Assembly (NCBI GenBank): GCA_012295275.1
Contig: CM022669.1
Span: 8,122,001-8,186,000 of the forward strand
DNA length: 64,000 nt
Direction of reading: 5' to 3'
DNA from: Chrysomallon squamiferum
Taxonomy: Eukaryota; Animalia; Mollusca
This document shows positions 21,966-35,760 of this stretch, one piece after another (within the stretch, counting starts at the first letter, position 1; each line of letters starts with the position of its first letter). Both the position numbers and the translations under genes were made by a program. Below the pieces are notes generated by a model. It was not told where the DNA came from. It did not search any database and saw only the letters and a program-made list of their open reading frames with translations.

Positions 21966-24944
21966 TTTATTATGATTTTATTTGCATATGTATGTTTTGT
22001 TTTTGTGTGTGTACATTTCTGTTTTTTTTGTATCTATGAGTATATATGTGTATATGTTTGTTTATATTTGTTTGTTTATCTGTGTGTGTGTGTGCATGTG
22101 TGCATATGTGTGTGTGTGTGTGTTTGTCCTGGCATGTGTGTGTGTGTCTGGTTTATTTTTCCAAAAATGTGTATAAGTGATTATGAGGCATCTATACAGA
22201 TAGATATTTCAGTAACATATTACTTCTATTTCATTAATACATTTTTTTTAAAAACTAAATTTATCCTCAAATTACTGCAGTGTACCTTTTTTTTTTTTTC
22301 TAAAAATATTAAAAACACAAAAAAAGAAGAAGAAGAAGTAGAAGAAGAAAAGCAAATAAAAAAAAAAAAATCTTGTCTTTTATTAGTACATGAAACCCAG
22401 CATGAACCAGCCGTTACTCTCATATCTAAAATATCCCCTCACTTTGAAGTCACCCGACAGATATATTAAATATGACACACAGCAGCCATCTGTATAATTC
22501 ATACCCGGTCATTCATTAACAGTTTATTCTGCACCCCAAACTCCTTTCAGTGGAGAAAAAAAAAAAAAAAAAAAAAAATAAATAAATAAATAAAATTAAA
22601 AAAACAGCCCAGTAAATCTTCTTGAAAAAAAAAAAAAACAGAACCCAAGACTGTATGAGCCGTTGGTTTCACTAAATATCAAATTTTTTTTTTTCTTAAA
22701 AACTTCATTGGACATTTAGCTGTGGGCATATTAACCCTGTCCATTGTGACCAGCTGACCTGTCTACCCAGGTAAGTGGACATATCAAAGATAGGAAGCGA
22801 AGCATTCTTTGTGGACGTGAGAGCACGGTTTGACTGCCGCGCCATTGTGAAAGCTTCACTCTGTGCGGCTGAGATAATCACTGGGTTTAATATGTATGAA
22901 GTATAAATTGGAACGTCCATGTCTCATTAAAGCTCAAAGCTGTCGAGATAAAAAGGAAAGGGACTGGTCATTTGTCCAGGATAATTTGAGCCCCTTAGCT
23001 GGACATGTGAAAGTTAATATGAGATTAACACAGAAGAAAAAAAACTAAAAAAAAACTTTTTTTTTTTTTTTTTTTTTTCTCTCATGTATGAAGTTTCCCA
23101 TTTTACAGTTATGTTGATGATTAATTGATGATTTTTGTCAGTGTCTTGGTGTTGTGTTGATGTTTTGGTTGATTTTTAATTGATGGTTAGCTAATATTGA
23201 ACGTTTTAAATTTAATTGATATTTTGTTTACATGTTAAGTTTTAATAACTGATGTCATAATGTTTTATTGATATGGATGGGGTTTTTTTGTTTGTTTTTT
23301 TAATATATTTGACATTGTTGATAATTTACTGATATATCAAATATATGATATACAAGTGACACAATTCAGTTTTTATTAAACATGAAATAATAAGGCCCCT
23401 GACTTTTATTAACTTTAGTTTAAAACATGAAGTATTTTCAGCACTGTGAGTAGTTTAGTCCTGAATGTTAGCAGAAAAAAAAACACATCATATGCATAAA
23501 TGAGACCAAAAAAAAAAAAAGATTTCTGACAATTTTCTGTTTTGATCTGGATTACTTCAGTACACACAAATACATTGAGTTAGAAATGAAGATATTTTTA
23601 TGACATTTCTGTAGACCAGTGAGGCTCACATTGCCACCTCCTAATGTCCTGCAGTTTTTATTTTAAACACAGCCAGTGTTGATCTTTAGAAACAATTTAT
23701 TTATAATGGCTCACTTGGTGACCTCTTAATAATGCAGCACAGTAGTTAACTCACTACCAAGCATGCAATATCAGTTATTTGTGTTTTTAATATCAGTAAT
23801 ATTTCTACTAGTAAACGTGTGTGACTAAGTTTAAGTATAAACAATCTGGAAGCTGTGAGAGCAGGTTTGTTATTCAGTGAGTGACTCATGCGTGCCAGGT
23901 CAGTGGTTCAATCCTTCCAAGTGAGTTCTAATCAATGAATATTGTGATTCAGTGCTGAGTACTGTACTATGAAAATAAAACAATAAGGAAACTCACTTGA
24001 TAATACCCAGCAGGATGAACATTCAGCAGTTAACAGCAAAATAACCTTTTAAATCTTCCTTCCCATTAACAGTAAAACAAATGCTGATATCTTTTTCCAT
24101 ACACTGTTGATATTGAAATGCTCCAGTTCAAGTAAGAGGATATTGGGTACAAAATGTTTATGGTACTGGATGGAATGGGAAATAGTTTTACAGGGTCTAT
24201 GAAGAGGACAGGTCCAGTGACCAAATATTGGTTTATGGTTGAGTTTCAATGACTGAAAAAAAAAAAAAAAAAGGAGTTCATTATGGACAAAGCTATCAAA
24301 ACCTTTGACCTGAAGTAAAATTCACTTTTTCTTTCCACATCAAACAAACATAATTAAAACTACAATGACTTTGAATCAACCTTTTGCTCAACTCTCAAAA
24401 GCTTTCATTCACTGAAATTAAATCACCCTTTAAAAATTCTGGAGTTTGTAGAATCAGCAAATTTTTTTTTTTTTTTTTTTTAAAAACCATTTTGGGTATT
24501 AATTCATTGACTAGTGGACTAAGCTAAGCTCAGCACACAAATGGTATCTCCCCTCTCTGAGGTGACAGGAGAAGCCAGGACAATGCAGTGTTGACCCAAG
24601 ATTTTCTTTTTCATTCTAGTACGAGCAGAGAGAGAGGGGAGAAATAAGAAAGAGTTCTCTTGTCAGGGGAAATAATTAAATATTTCTTAACTTGATGACC
24701 CTCAGATAAGCATAACTAAGGCTTTATAATGTGTGGATGTTTAAGAGCTGCACACCAAGTGAAGACTGATTTACACAGATTAAGAAATCATCAGCACAAA
24801 CGTTCCCAGGTGTTTGTAATTTATTCTTCTTTTTGAAGATGACAGACTGTTGATTTCAATCAAATGAAACATATTAACTAAAAAAAAAAAAAGATATATT
24901 TCTAATAAACGGAAGGTGTTGACTTTTAACCCTTGTTATGCTGC

Positions 24945-25265
24945 AGCAGGGTGTTACTCAGTGGTTAAAGTCTTTATATGATAGGATTAACCTTCTGTGT
25001 TATATCCATTCAGTAATTTCACGTTCCAACCAGTGCCTCATAACTAGTGAATGTACTTTAAACATTATTTGTACTTTTCTCTGCATCAGAAACTACATGT
25101 GATAAAAACGCTTTTTTTGTTGAATGATGAACAGTCATGTAATCAGATGTGTCACTGTGGGTTTCTCCTCTGTTGCCATTGTTATGCAAATAAACACATT
25201 AAAACTTGATAACCTGTCAAGTAAAATACACTGAGGTGTTATTAAGAAGATATTCATTTATTCAG
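24945..25265 (+). mobile_element. Decayed near full-length tRNA-derived SINE
   Basis: A-box-like TACTCAGTGGTTAAAG at 24955; core ATTTCACGTTCCAACCAGTGC at 25016, whose first 17 nt recur exactly at 59698-59714; GGGTTTCTCCTC block; ATTC-type tail. Confidence 0.65.
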
Positions 25266-26636
25266 AAACATCTTCTAAAAATGCGAAATCTCTTCAAAAA
25301 TAATTGCCGGCGAGAGATACCAGAATATAAAATTTGTTAGAAACGATTATGGTAATCCTTTTAACAAACACACACCAAGACACCCTCTTCTCCCTCATTA
25401 CCAGGGAATATTTGCTTTGATTGACAGAAGTAGGTGTCCTGAACAAGCTGCACTGTAATCTCTGGTCTGTTGTCAAAACGTTTCTCCGTTCTCACGTTGA
25501 AATGAAATTTCACAATTGGTCTCAGAACTGATTAAGAAAAGTTGGTTAATGCTAATTTAGGAAACGATTGTGCACATGGCACTCAAGAAATGAGCATGAA
25601 AAGAATGGTTTTATTATTCTCAAGCTTCAAGTTTTTGTGTCATCTATAGAACAATCTGTTGGTTTAAAATGATCAAGTGGGGTTATGAAAAGATTTTTTT
25701 ATTTTTTTTTTTTTTTTTTTTTTAAAGATGTTGTTTTGGAGTGAAAACAAACAAAATGGGGGTCTGTCTGTCATGCTTGAGCTGGTCTCTAACATTATCT
25801 GGGTGGACAGAATGAAAACGGGACGAGCTGAAAGAAGACCGTTTAGAGCAGTTAACAAGCTTTCGCGAGCAGCTCATTATGATGCCAATATCAATCTAAC
25901 AAGCGTGGTGGAACATCGCGTGTAATTACGGGTGTGTGACATGCACCGTGACCGCGACAGTTTACTTATGTTAGAGAGTTTAGAAAAGAAACCCACAGAG
26001 TGTGAAAAAAAAACAAGACAAAATGCTTCTTTAACATTCTCATCTTGATAGGAAATGAAAGATCATATGTGTTTATCTCACAACGCGCTTTTTTTTTTTT
26101 TTCTTTTCTTTTCAGAAAGAAGAAAGCAGTTTTAGCTGAATGGAATGAAAAGGCTGTGACATTGAAGATATTTATTTCACAAGCTGCTGAGCTGCTGAGA
26201 AAACTGGATAAAGATGATGAGCCACTTAGGCTGGTAATAGGTGACAAAAAAGATGGAACAGAGAGACCAGGTTCTTGCCACCCCTGCTTGCTGTAATCTG
26301 TCCACACACATGTATCAGACACTCCACTTTGCTGTTTTAATATCACACATCTGTCTGTGTGTGTGTGTGTGTGTCCAACGTATATCCTGAGATTAGTGAT
26401 AATGAATGATCCGTGTCATATCGCTGATATCTCACACTTGAGGTGCTAAGTCTCCTTTACTCAGTGTAACTAAAACATGTTAAAATAATCTGCTTGTTTT
26501 TTTTATGTGGGTTCTTTTCATCTGAATGCTTCTTAATGTCGTGTTTTGTGTTTGTTGTGTGTGTTTGTGTGTGTTGTGTGTATGGTTTGTGTTTGTGTGT
26601 GCAGATGTGGTTGTTAATTTGTGGGGGCATCTGTAG

Positions 26637-26669
<33 letters not shown>

Positions 26670-26904
26670 CACATACACAAGCAATATGTAGATGTATGTG
26701 TATATGACTTAGTATATATGTGTATTATGTACTGGTTTAAGTAAGGACTATTTTACTACAAATACTGTAATTACATATCATAAACATTTTCTTTATAATC
26801 ATTTGACTATAATTATTAAATGTATTTTCAAAAATGATTTGGCTGTTTAATGTATTTTTTATTTATTTTTTATAATTTTTTTTTTTGGTAAAACATTGCA
26901 TGTA

Positions 26905-27165
26905 CAGTTTGAGAATCCTTTATTTGAAATTCCAAAATCTGAAAACTTTTTAAGTAGCAGAACTAGTGATATCTTCCAGTTTTTGGATTATTCTTCATAT
27001 AGCAACTTTATTTTATGCAAAAATAGTATTAAAAAAAATCGGATAAAAAAAATTGCACACTATTTGTATAAGCTGTATCTGAAATATAAACGCAATTTGC
27101 ATTTAAACTGAGATCCCATTCTTAGACTATGTCCAAAATCAAAAAAATTCTGAAATCCAAACCTG
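26905..27165. mobile_element. Non-autonomous pogo/Tigger-family DNA transposon (Tigger4/Zombi/MER46-like MITE), 261 bp
   Basis: Flanked by TA on both sides (26903-26904, 27166-27167); termini CAGTTTG.. and ..CAAACCTG; subterminal CCAAAATC/TGAAATCC repeats; internal sequence colinear with the Tigger4 consensus as I recall it. Confidence 0.7.
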
Positions 27166-28602
27166 TATATTTATATACATATTTATAATTTTGTTAATAT
27201 AATCTGGCTTCATTTAGATTTTGTCAAATGTTTTGTGAAAGATAGCAAAGTTTACCTTTCTGTGTTAATTTCCTACAAAAGAAACTCGTTATTACCTGGC
27301 TCAGGTGATAAATAACATGTTTTCAACAGGTAACATTGTTTGCCGAGGGTTTAAGAAAACAGTGGTATGCTGTAAAAATGTGACACATTGGTTTGTTTTA
27401 GAAATTTATGTCACTCACATTGTTTGTTTAGACTATTGTTATTATGTGAGCAAGCAAAAAGTACACAAAAAGTTTTTTTAGTTACCTGACAGCTACAGGT
27501 AATTGAAAAAATACATACAAGGTATTCTTTTTTATATTTTTTATTTTTATGTTGTCTAGGATTGAAATAAAATCTTGAAAGATTCTCCTTCAGTTAGAAA
27601 CAGGTGAATTCTTGTCATTATATATGTGCTTTAACTTTTAATTTGGCTGTGCAAATACTAGTTACCTTCCATTATACTGACATTTTAAAATATATTAAAT
27701 AATTTACCTTGATTTTTAAAGGATCTTTAATACTTATTGTGTTTAGTTTGTTCATTATATTTATTTAGTTGTCTTTTTCAAAAATACTTTAAATTTTAAT
27801 GAATATTTATGTTTTTATCATTTTTTAATTCATTTAAAAAAAAAAAATGTATTTCTTTTTTTTTCTTAAAATACCATTTCATCAATACTTTTGTTTTATT
27901 TAAAAAAAAAATTATGTCAATGAAACTTTTGTGTTTTGTGTGAATGAATGATATTTTATTTAATTTTTTCACTTGAACTTTACTGTAACCAGCTTGTAGA
28001 AAACAGTCACATAAACAGAATACTAACACGTTACACAAACATACATATGCGAAATAATTAAATAACACTGTGTCATATTAGCTGTATGACACAGCCTCCG
28101 AGATGTTTTAATATCTTAACGCAGTCAGGAGTTCACTTTCAGTAGATGTTTGTCCACCCAGCAGGCTTAAGTAATGATGTTTGTACTCTGCAGCATTAGT
28201 TACTCAACAAACACCTAAATATTGACTGAAGAATTAACTCAGCCTGGCTAGGTGGTCTGTGGAAGTCTTCTGGCTGCAGACAACACTTACCTGACACTTG
28301 TGTGTCACACATTTTGAGTGTCTGCACCAAACAGTTGTAAGTTTACTGATGTGTAAGGAAAGTGAAGGAATAATTTGCGAGACTTGGTAACTTCGGTTCA
28401 TTGTGATGTTTTGTAACACTTGATATCTGTTACAGTGTGGTTACTTGTGAAGTGTAACTATAGACAACATGATCAATTTAAAGAAAAAAATTAACTTTTT
28501 ATTTGTTGTAAATCTCTCTCTGTCCTCTCTCTCTCTCTGTCTCTCTCTCTCTCTCTCAAACAACATTTAATAAGGCTGCCTCACACAATTTTATTTATTG
28601 CT

Positions 28603-28649
<47 letters not shown>

Positions 28650-31569
28650 TGAATGTATATATAAGTATGCATGTACATACATTTTATTATTTTAAAACTG
28701 ATTTAATTGTCCACATAACTTAAGTTGTATGTAGAAGGTTTTAATTTTAATTCTTTAATTATTTTAAGAACCACTTAATATTTGTATTTATTTAAACTTT
28801 ATATGGATATTAAACTTTATTACTTTAATGTTGCTTAAGTTCAAATATAAATTACTTTTAATTATAGGGAATTTCACTGGCTACTTTTTTCAAAGAATGT
28901 GCTTTCACACATATGTTTAGGATGGTGTTTTAAATTGAATTACATTAATTACATTCAGAAGTGTTTTAATTTCATATAAATTTGAATTATAGACATTTTA
29001 TTACATCGTTTAAAAAAAAAAAAAAAAAAAAAAAAATATATATATTACCAGAATTTAATTTAAATATATGTATTTTTACATAATTAATTTCCTATATATT
29101 TAAATTAAATACATTCAATTACACAAGTTCTAAACTTAAGCATTTATGGACCATTTAATTTCCAGTCACAGCTTTCGATCCGTATCAAGCAAATGCAATT
29201 TTTTTCTCCTGCATTAAAAGTGAGGTAAATGAGGAGTGTGTGAAATGTTTGAAGACGATGCTCAGTTCATTACAGATGTGCATAAGGTCAGATAAGCTGT
29301 AGGGAGATTAGGATCTTGTCGAAGCTAAATGCAGTGCAAATAGTCAAAGCAAATATCTTCGATGACAAGGTGACAGAAATGCAGCTGGAAAACGAGCCTG
29401 ATAAATATTTGTTTTTTACTTTCCTTGGCATTCTTTGCCACAGGTTGAGTTTAAAAAAAAAAAAAAAAGAAGAAATGTTCATCATTTGAGTGAATTAGGT
29501 TGTGTTATCACACTGAAAGTGACAAATTGATTAAACTCCGCATCACATGTCTTGACACGGCTTCGTTTAATGCTCTCTTCTGTGATCTTCCTTTTCTTCA
29601 TCTCTCCCTGCATATTTGAAGTTTTATTATTATTATTATTTTGTTGTTGTTGTTGTTGTTGCTGTTGTTGCTGTTTTTTCTCTTTCTCATTCTTTTTTCT
29701 CTCTCTTCCATTCTTTCTCTCTTTCTCTCCATATCTCCCTGACATGTTTTTATATTCTCATTATTTCTTCTATTTTTTTTTTCTTGATGAAAGAAAATTT
29801 CATATCAGGAAGTTGATAATTCATTACATTATTTAATTAATTTTTGTTATTTCGCTTAATTTTTTTTCTGTAATAAAAAAAGATATAAAAAAGAAAGAAG
29901 GAAAATGATTCGTGTGATGCTCAATAGTACATTCATTTTGTACTCTTCATCTAAAAAGTTAATTTTTATGCTTCTGTATTTTAAAAAAAAAAATTTAATA
30001 ATCATAACTATTCAACTAAAGTATGATAGGTCAAAAGCTCAATCCTTGATGAATCCATATCTAATGTATCAAAAAACAGAAATGTTTTTCTGTCTATAGG
30101 AAAGTATATATGAGATATTTATTATTGCTAAATAATAAAAATATGCCAATATTTTTTTCTCAGAGGTCATCTTTATAGAAAGATCATAAATTTATTATTT
30201 GAATATGATAATATTAACAATAAACTAGTTAAAAGTATTAGCTTTGTTTAGGTGCCTTTCATCTCTTCACTTTCTTGTTCCTCTTTTTTTCTCTCTTTTT
30301 TTTCCTTTTTTTTTTCTCTCTCTCTATGTTTTTTTGTGGACAATGCTAATAAAAGCATGTTCATTTACCACAAATATTTATCATCAAAAGCATTTGCAGT
30401 CTTTAGAAATGTTTCCAAAATATTTTTCATTTTAAATGTGTTTTTCAATCTGAAGGACAACTGATACATTTCTGAGAGGATTAAAATAATGTGTCATTCA
30501 GACTGTGATGATCTGTTCTTTACTCTGACATTGTCATGTTTATGTTTCTACTGTTATTCCACAATGTCACATACAGTTAAACAAACACAGAAATAAGTGG
30601 GCATCTTACTCACTGTTTTGATTACTTTTCAGAGTTACTGTTCTTTAAACATTCGGACTAATCTCCCTTGTCCAAGGAGCAGTTCACATGACTTGCCTCC
30701 GAGCTCCTTAAGGCACCCAGAGGCGGGGTACCAAGACAGGGTGCCACACACCTCGAGAAAATCCCTAAATTTCTTCACAGACATAGTGCTAATAAATTGG
30801 TGTGTTCTTGTTTAAACAGCCAGACTAAAAGTTGTAAACATTAGTACCAGTCGACTGATACAATATCAGTAATTACACACTCCACTGGTTTACCAAACAT
30901 TACTATCTGATCCAATTAAAGAGGCCCTGTGTGGGTAAACAGCTCTCAGACACAGTTTTTTTTAACGAATATTGCTTTAACTTTATTGCATAACATGGCT
31001 CCAGTCTGCTCCCTTTAGATTCTGAGGTACACACCCCGAGTGACAAGGTTTTTTTTCCTTCAGGAAATTGTTTGGCTTATTCAGGCCTGAAGATTTATTC
31101 TCACATACTTTGAGTGGACAGCAGTTCGGATGTAATTCAGTGAAAAGAAGGTAAATATTTGAATGTTTATTGATTATTTGTGCGGGACAGATTGTGAATT
31201 CTTTTCATGTTTAAATATTTGTTGTATTAGGTATGGCAGAACTGGGTGTTGTATCTACTGGGTTTGGTTTGGTCGTAGATTTGTAAAGAGAGTAAGCTGA
31301 AGGACATGTAGGATTTGTTTGAAAAGAGATATTGGTGTTTTTTTTCACTGGAAATCGTTTGACGATTTCTAAGACAAAATGTTACTTAGCCCCTGATTTG
31401 TTTTGCTTTTTGATATAAATTATTGATTTTCCCACTGTTTTTTTTTTCTCTTTTTATTTAATAACATATTAAAAGAATAATTAATATCAAACTGGACTAA
31501 TTTTTCCCCCTATTTTCATATTCAACAAATTATCTATGCCAGATTTACAAATATACTCAAAGGAAATAA

Positions 31570-32245
31570 TAAAAAACACTTCCAAATTCTAATTAATTTT
31601 AGAATGACAGGTCAGTATTAAGCTGGACAAATTTAAAGTCCATAATTAGACACTATACACCAGATACCAGACCATTTATCCAGCTTCCAGAAAACTTGAG
31701 AATCCAGAAATCAGAGTCAGCTCTGATTCTGATCTTGCTGGACAAATGGACTGGTATTGATGCTTTGTTTAGTGTACCAGTGATGATCTTTCATACCACT
31801 AAACAAGCTAAAAAAAAAAAAATAAAAAAATTTCACAGTTCAAGTTTTAGAAGGACTGGTCAGTATTAAACTGGACAACTAACTGTACTGTGTCCTTTTT
31901 AACTGGTCACAGCAGATTGTCTGTTCTTAGAGTATGTGTACAGAGCTTGGTCAGTTTTACAAACACTGACCATTGATAACGCACTTCCAAATTCTTATCA
32001 GTTTTGAAAGGACTGGTCAAGATTAAAACGGACAAACACTGGACCATCTTCAGTGCCTGTAACACATTCACAGATTTGTGTGTTTACCTGCTGTGGTCAG
32101 TTTTTGCTAAGACATCCACCCTGAACACAATTCCAAATTTTTATCAGTTGTAGAAGGACCCCGGTCAGCATTAGACTGGACAAACACTATGTCCATCTGC
32201 AGCACACTTGGCCATCAGTGTGTGTGTACTTGCCTTGGTCACTGT
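31570..32245. repeat. Degenerate tandem repeat, about 150 bp period, 4-5 copies
   Basis: CACTTCCAAATT..AGTTTTAGAAGGACTGGTCAGTATTAAACTGGACAAA block at about 31577, 31842, 31982 and 32128. Confidence 0.75.
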
Positions 32246-34481
32246 TACTGTTTAAATAATTCTCCACATATCTGTCACAAATGATGTCTGGCAAGTGTTT
32301 GCTGTTCCCAGTTATTAAAGTGTGGTTAGAGACCGCTGTGTACAGAACTGCTGTCGCTGTTTACTCACAAATTATGACACATTTAATATGGCTGCCCATA
32401 AATCAACAGCATTCTGTAATCAAAATACATTAAATAAAATTTAAAGAGAAGAAGGAATGTTTTCTATGTCAGGGATCTTCTAGATTTTTTTATTTTTTTT
32501 TTTTTTTTTTCTCCCCCAGTAGTTTAAAATTTACATTATGCTTTTAAAAGAATCAGTTTATAAAATGTGTTTGTTTATTCATTTTATTTTACTTTGTAGA
32601 AAGCATTTTGTTTATTTTGTTATTGTATGATCATTGTAAAAAGAAAATCAATATGGTTGTAATATGTATTCTAATAAATGTAAATTGTATACAGCTGTTG
32701 TTGCCATTTTCCATTATTATTATTATAGATCACACTGCTGATGGATTCTAAATGTTTATTTTAAAATGTGTTTTTGGGAAAAAAAAAAACATTTTTTCAT
32801 TTTTTTTAAAAACCAGTAAATCACACATAACGTGTTTTGTTTGTGTTTGTGTTTTTTTTCTTCACATTCATTACTCCACTCTGATGGAATGGGAAAACAG
32901 GGCAATAAGCCCAGCATACCAGAATTATTTCATATAACAAACTAAAAATACCTGAGACAAAATCTTTACCTCCAGCAGACATTCTTTTATCAAGACATGA
33001 AAAGTAAAAAAAAAAAAAAGAAAAAAAGAAACATAACCCACGTCTTTATAAGCACCCACATTGCTTTTATAAATATCAAATATGATAAGAATGTTTAATT
33101 TTTATTTCAAGCCACTGTTCTGCTAGTGCACCATAAACATACGTTTTTTTTTATGTGCACCATTTAAAAAATTATGGTATTCAATATGCAAGGCGTGCAA
33201 TATATTTTTTTTACTAACCTTTTCTTTTTATACAAGTGTTGAATACCCCACACACCACATGTTGACAGCATTTATGTGTGTTTGAATGACAGTGTACACA
33301 AGAATGTGCACCTTTTGTGGTTATATATAGAGGTATGTGGAAATTTATATGATTTTGTGAACTTTGTGTTAAAGGTGCATAAAGCTGTGTAATACATCTT
33401 GTTATATACCTGGCAAGAAGGAAACTGGATAATGTCATTTAAATATAGGTGCCATATGAAAATTAGAAAGAGAGAGAGAAAAAAAAAATGAAAGAGAGTG
33501 TAGAACTGAGAAAAAAGAGAACCCAAGAAATGGAAAAAGAAACATAAATGAAATAAAGAAAATATAATCAAGGAAAAATAATATTTTAATATTATTTTAT
33601 TTTTTGGTTTATTTATTTATTTATTTTTTTTTTTATAAAAATAAAAATCAGTTTTTACAGCTAGTTTATAAAATAAACTTAAAATAAAACTTTATGATAA
33701 TTTACAAAGCTACCTGCGATTTCACCATTCTAAATTAAGAAACCGTTTCCAAAATGGTTTGACGACATTAAAACATTCTGGACATCTTTATCTTCCGAGT
33801 CTTCATCCCAGTTTAGACTGCTGTCCATTTTTAACAACAGGGAATCACCATTTTGCCAAATTTTTCCAGGAATGTGCAGACATGGGGAAAGCGATAAGGA
33901 AATGCTTTCTCCTTTTAACGATTGATTCACAAGAGGTTCCAGGCAGACGTCTTCCTCTCTCATCACCTTCTGAAAGCTAATGGAGCGTGACAGAGTATTA
34001 TGTGGGTGAGATGGGCTCGCATGACTGATAGGAAATGTGCAGTGTTTTACATCAGCGTTATCAGCAAACAGCAGTGTCAGTTATCTCGCCAAACACAGCG
34101 AGCAGCCTCCCTGACACTGATAGTGAAAGTGAAAGTAAGTTTAATAGCCGAACTCACACTAACGCCAAGTGAAGCCTTCAATAAAACACCGGTGATTATT
34201 TTGTTTAATTACATCTCGACGCATTTGATTATTATTATTATTATTAGAAGAAGCAAAACCTGTGCTATCTTAAGTCATAATCTGTGATAATAAATGTGAC
34301 AATAAAAAAGCCTGTGATAGCAGCATTCAAAACCTAATATAGCCGAATTTGCAACCAGCTACAGAAGAATGAAAAATCTACAATAGCTTAATGCACAGAC
34401 TATGATAAAAATGCAAATCTTGTGATAACACTGTGAAAAAAAATTAACAGCAGATAATAAAATGTATTAAGAATATTAAAT

Positions 34482-34782
34482 AAAGGAAGAAAATGTTTTT
34501 TTTAATGATGCATTTTAGTCTGGTTACACAGTTATAGACAGACAATTAGAGAGGAAACAAACTGCCACCATAGTGTGTACTAACTTTTTACAGTCAGCAG
34601 AAAGAAATCTGTTATATGTACCTACTCACAGACAGAAAAACAAATAGCCTCGCCTTTGATAAACCTGCCATAGAACTCTTGACTAGAATGGGAAACATAC
34701 CAATGACTGCACTGATGTGGTTTGATCCAGCAACCCAGTTCACTTTGCCACACACTCAAATCATTGAGCTCTAGTGCATTCC
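34482..34782 (-). mobile_element. Decayed near full-length SINE, same family
   Basis: Ordered blocks on plus: GAAAATGTTTTTTTTAATGATGCA, GAGAGGAAAC, CAGCAGAAAGAAATCTGTTATATGTACC..CACAGACAG, GCCTTTGATAAACC, TTTGATCC (B-box), CATTGAGCT (A-box). Confidence 0.65.
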
Positions 34783-35760
34783 AAGCAGAAAAGAAAATGT
34801 ATATTTACAAGACTTGACAAGATAATTATACAGGTGAAAAACAAACTTTCTGTTATGCAGGTTAATTATCAGATCTGATGTTTTAAAAATAGTTGTAATT
34901 TTGTGTCTATGTAACAAAGAAAAGTTAAAAATTTATAAATTATCTTTTTCTTATCAGCTAAAATTCACCACTGATGGTAACAGTACATAATTATATGCCT
35001 GCTTAACTGTGAAATATTTTATTTTTCTAATATTGTTCAAATGTTGGCAAAGATCATTTGTTATAGGGATATAATAAAATATATGATAAAATCCGATTTA
35101 ATTTTTTTTTAGTGTCTCAGATAATGTTTTTCTTAATGGATTTAAATAAAAATTGCTAAAGAGAGAGAGAAAAAAAAATTCATTTGAATTTTTAAATAGA
35201 TGTCAAATGTCAAATAATTTATGACATTTAAAAAAATAAATTCAAAATTTATGTTATTAATATTTTTTTATGTTAGAAATTGATGATTACATTTAGTTTT
35301 AGAATATTAAACAGTTAGAAGTAAGCCATTCTAGACATATTAAAGAATTTAAAAAAAAATATATATATATATATATAATAATAATTATAATAATTATCTT
35401 TATCCTAAAAACTAACAGTATAATAATAACGATGATGATAATGATGATAATCATAAAAATATAATTATGAAATAAATGACGATGAATAAAATTAATCTGA
35501 TGACACTTTCATTATTTTCTGATATTGTTTCAAACACATTACTTCTCAGAAGGTTTTTGTGACAATCGGTTGAGATGAAGATAATACAGACCCAGCTGTC
35601 TGCTGACAGCGACTGGTATGAAATGCAGTGTCACCCCCATCCCCCCCCCACTGTCACCCTGTATGAAATCCTGTACACTAAGCTAGCTGGAAATCTTAAT
35701 CTGTTTTGAATTCAAGTGACCAGCAGATTCACAGCGTGTGTCAAAAGTGGGTCTGTGGAT

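Noticed and set aside
23860-23925. tRNA gene (GGTTCAATCC B-box)
   Set aside because: No cloverleaf or acceptor stem; more likely a decayed SINE head.
28068-28094. 10-bp stem, 7-nt loop hairpin (CTGTGTCATA/TATGACACAG) as a Helitron end
   Set aside because: No CTRR terminus at the expected distance on either strand; one such stem could arise by chance.
33105-33390. GTGCACC-rich segment as a hAT-like transposon relic
   Set aside because: No terminal inverted repeats or target-site duplication could be identified.
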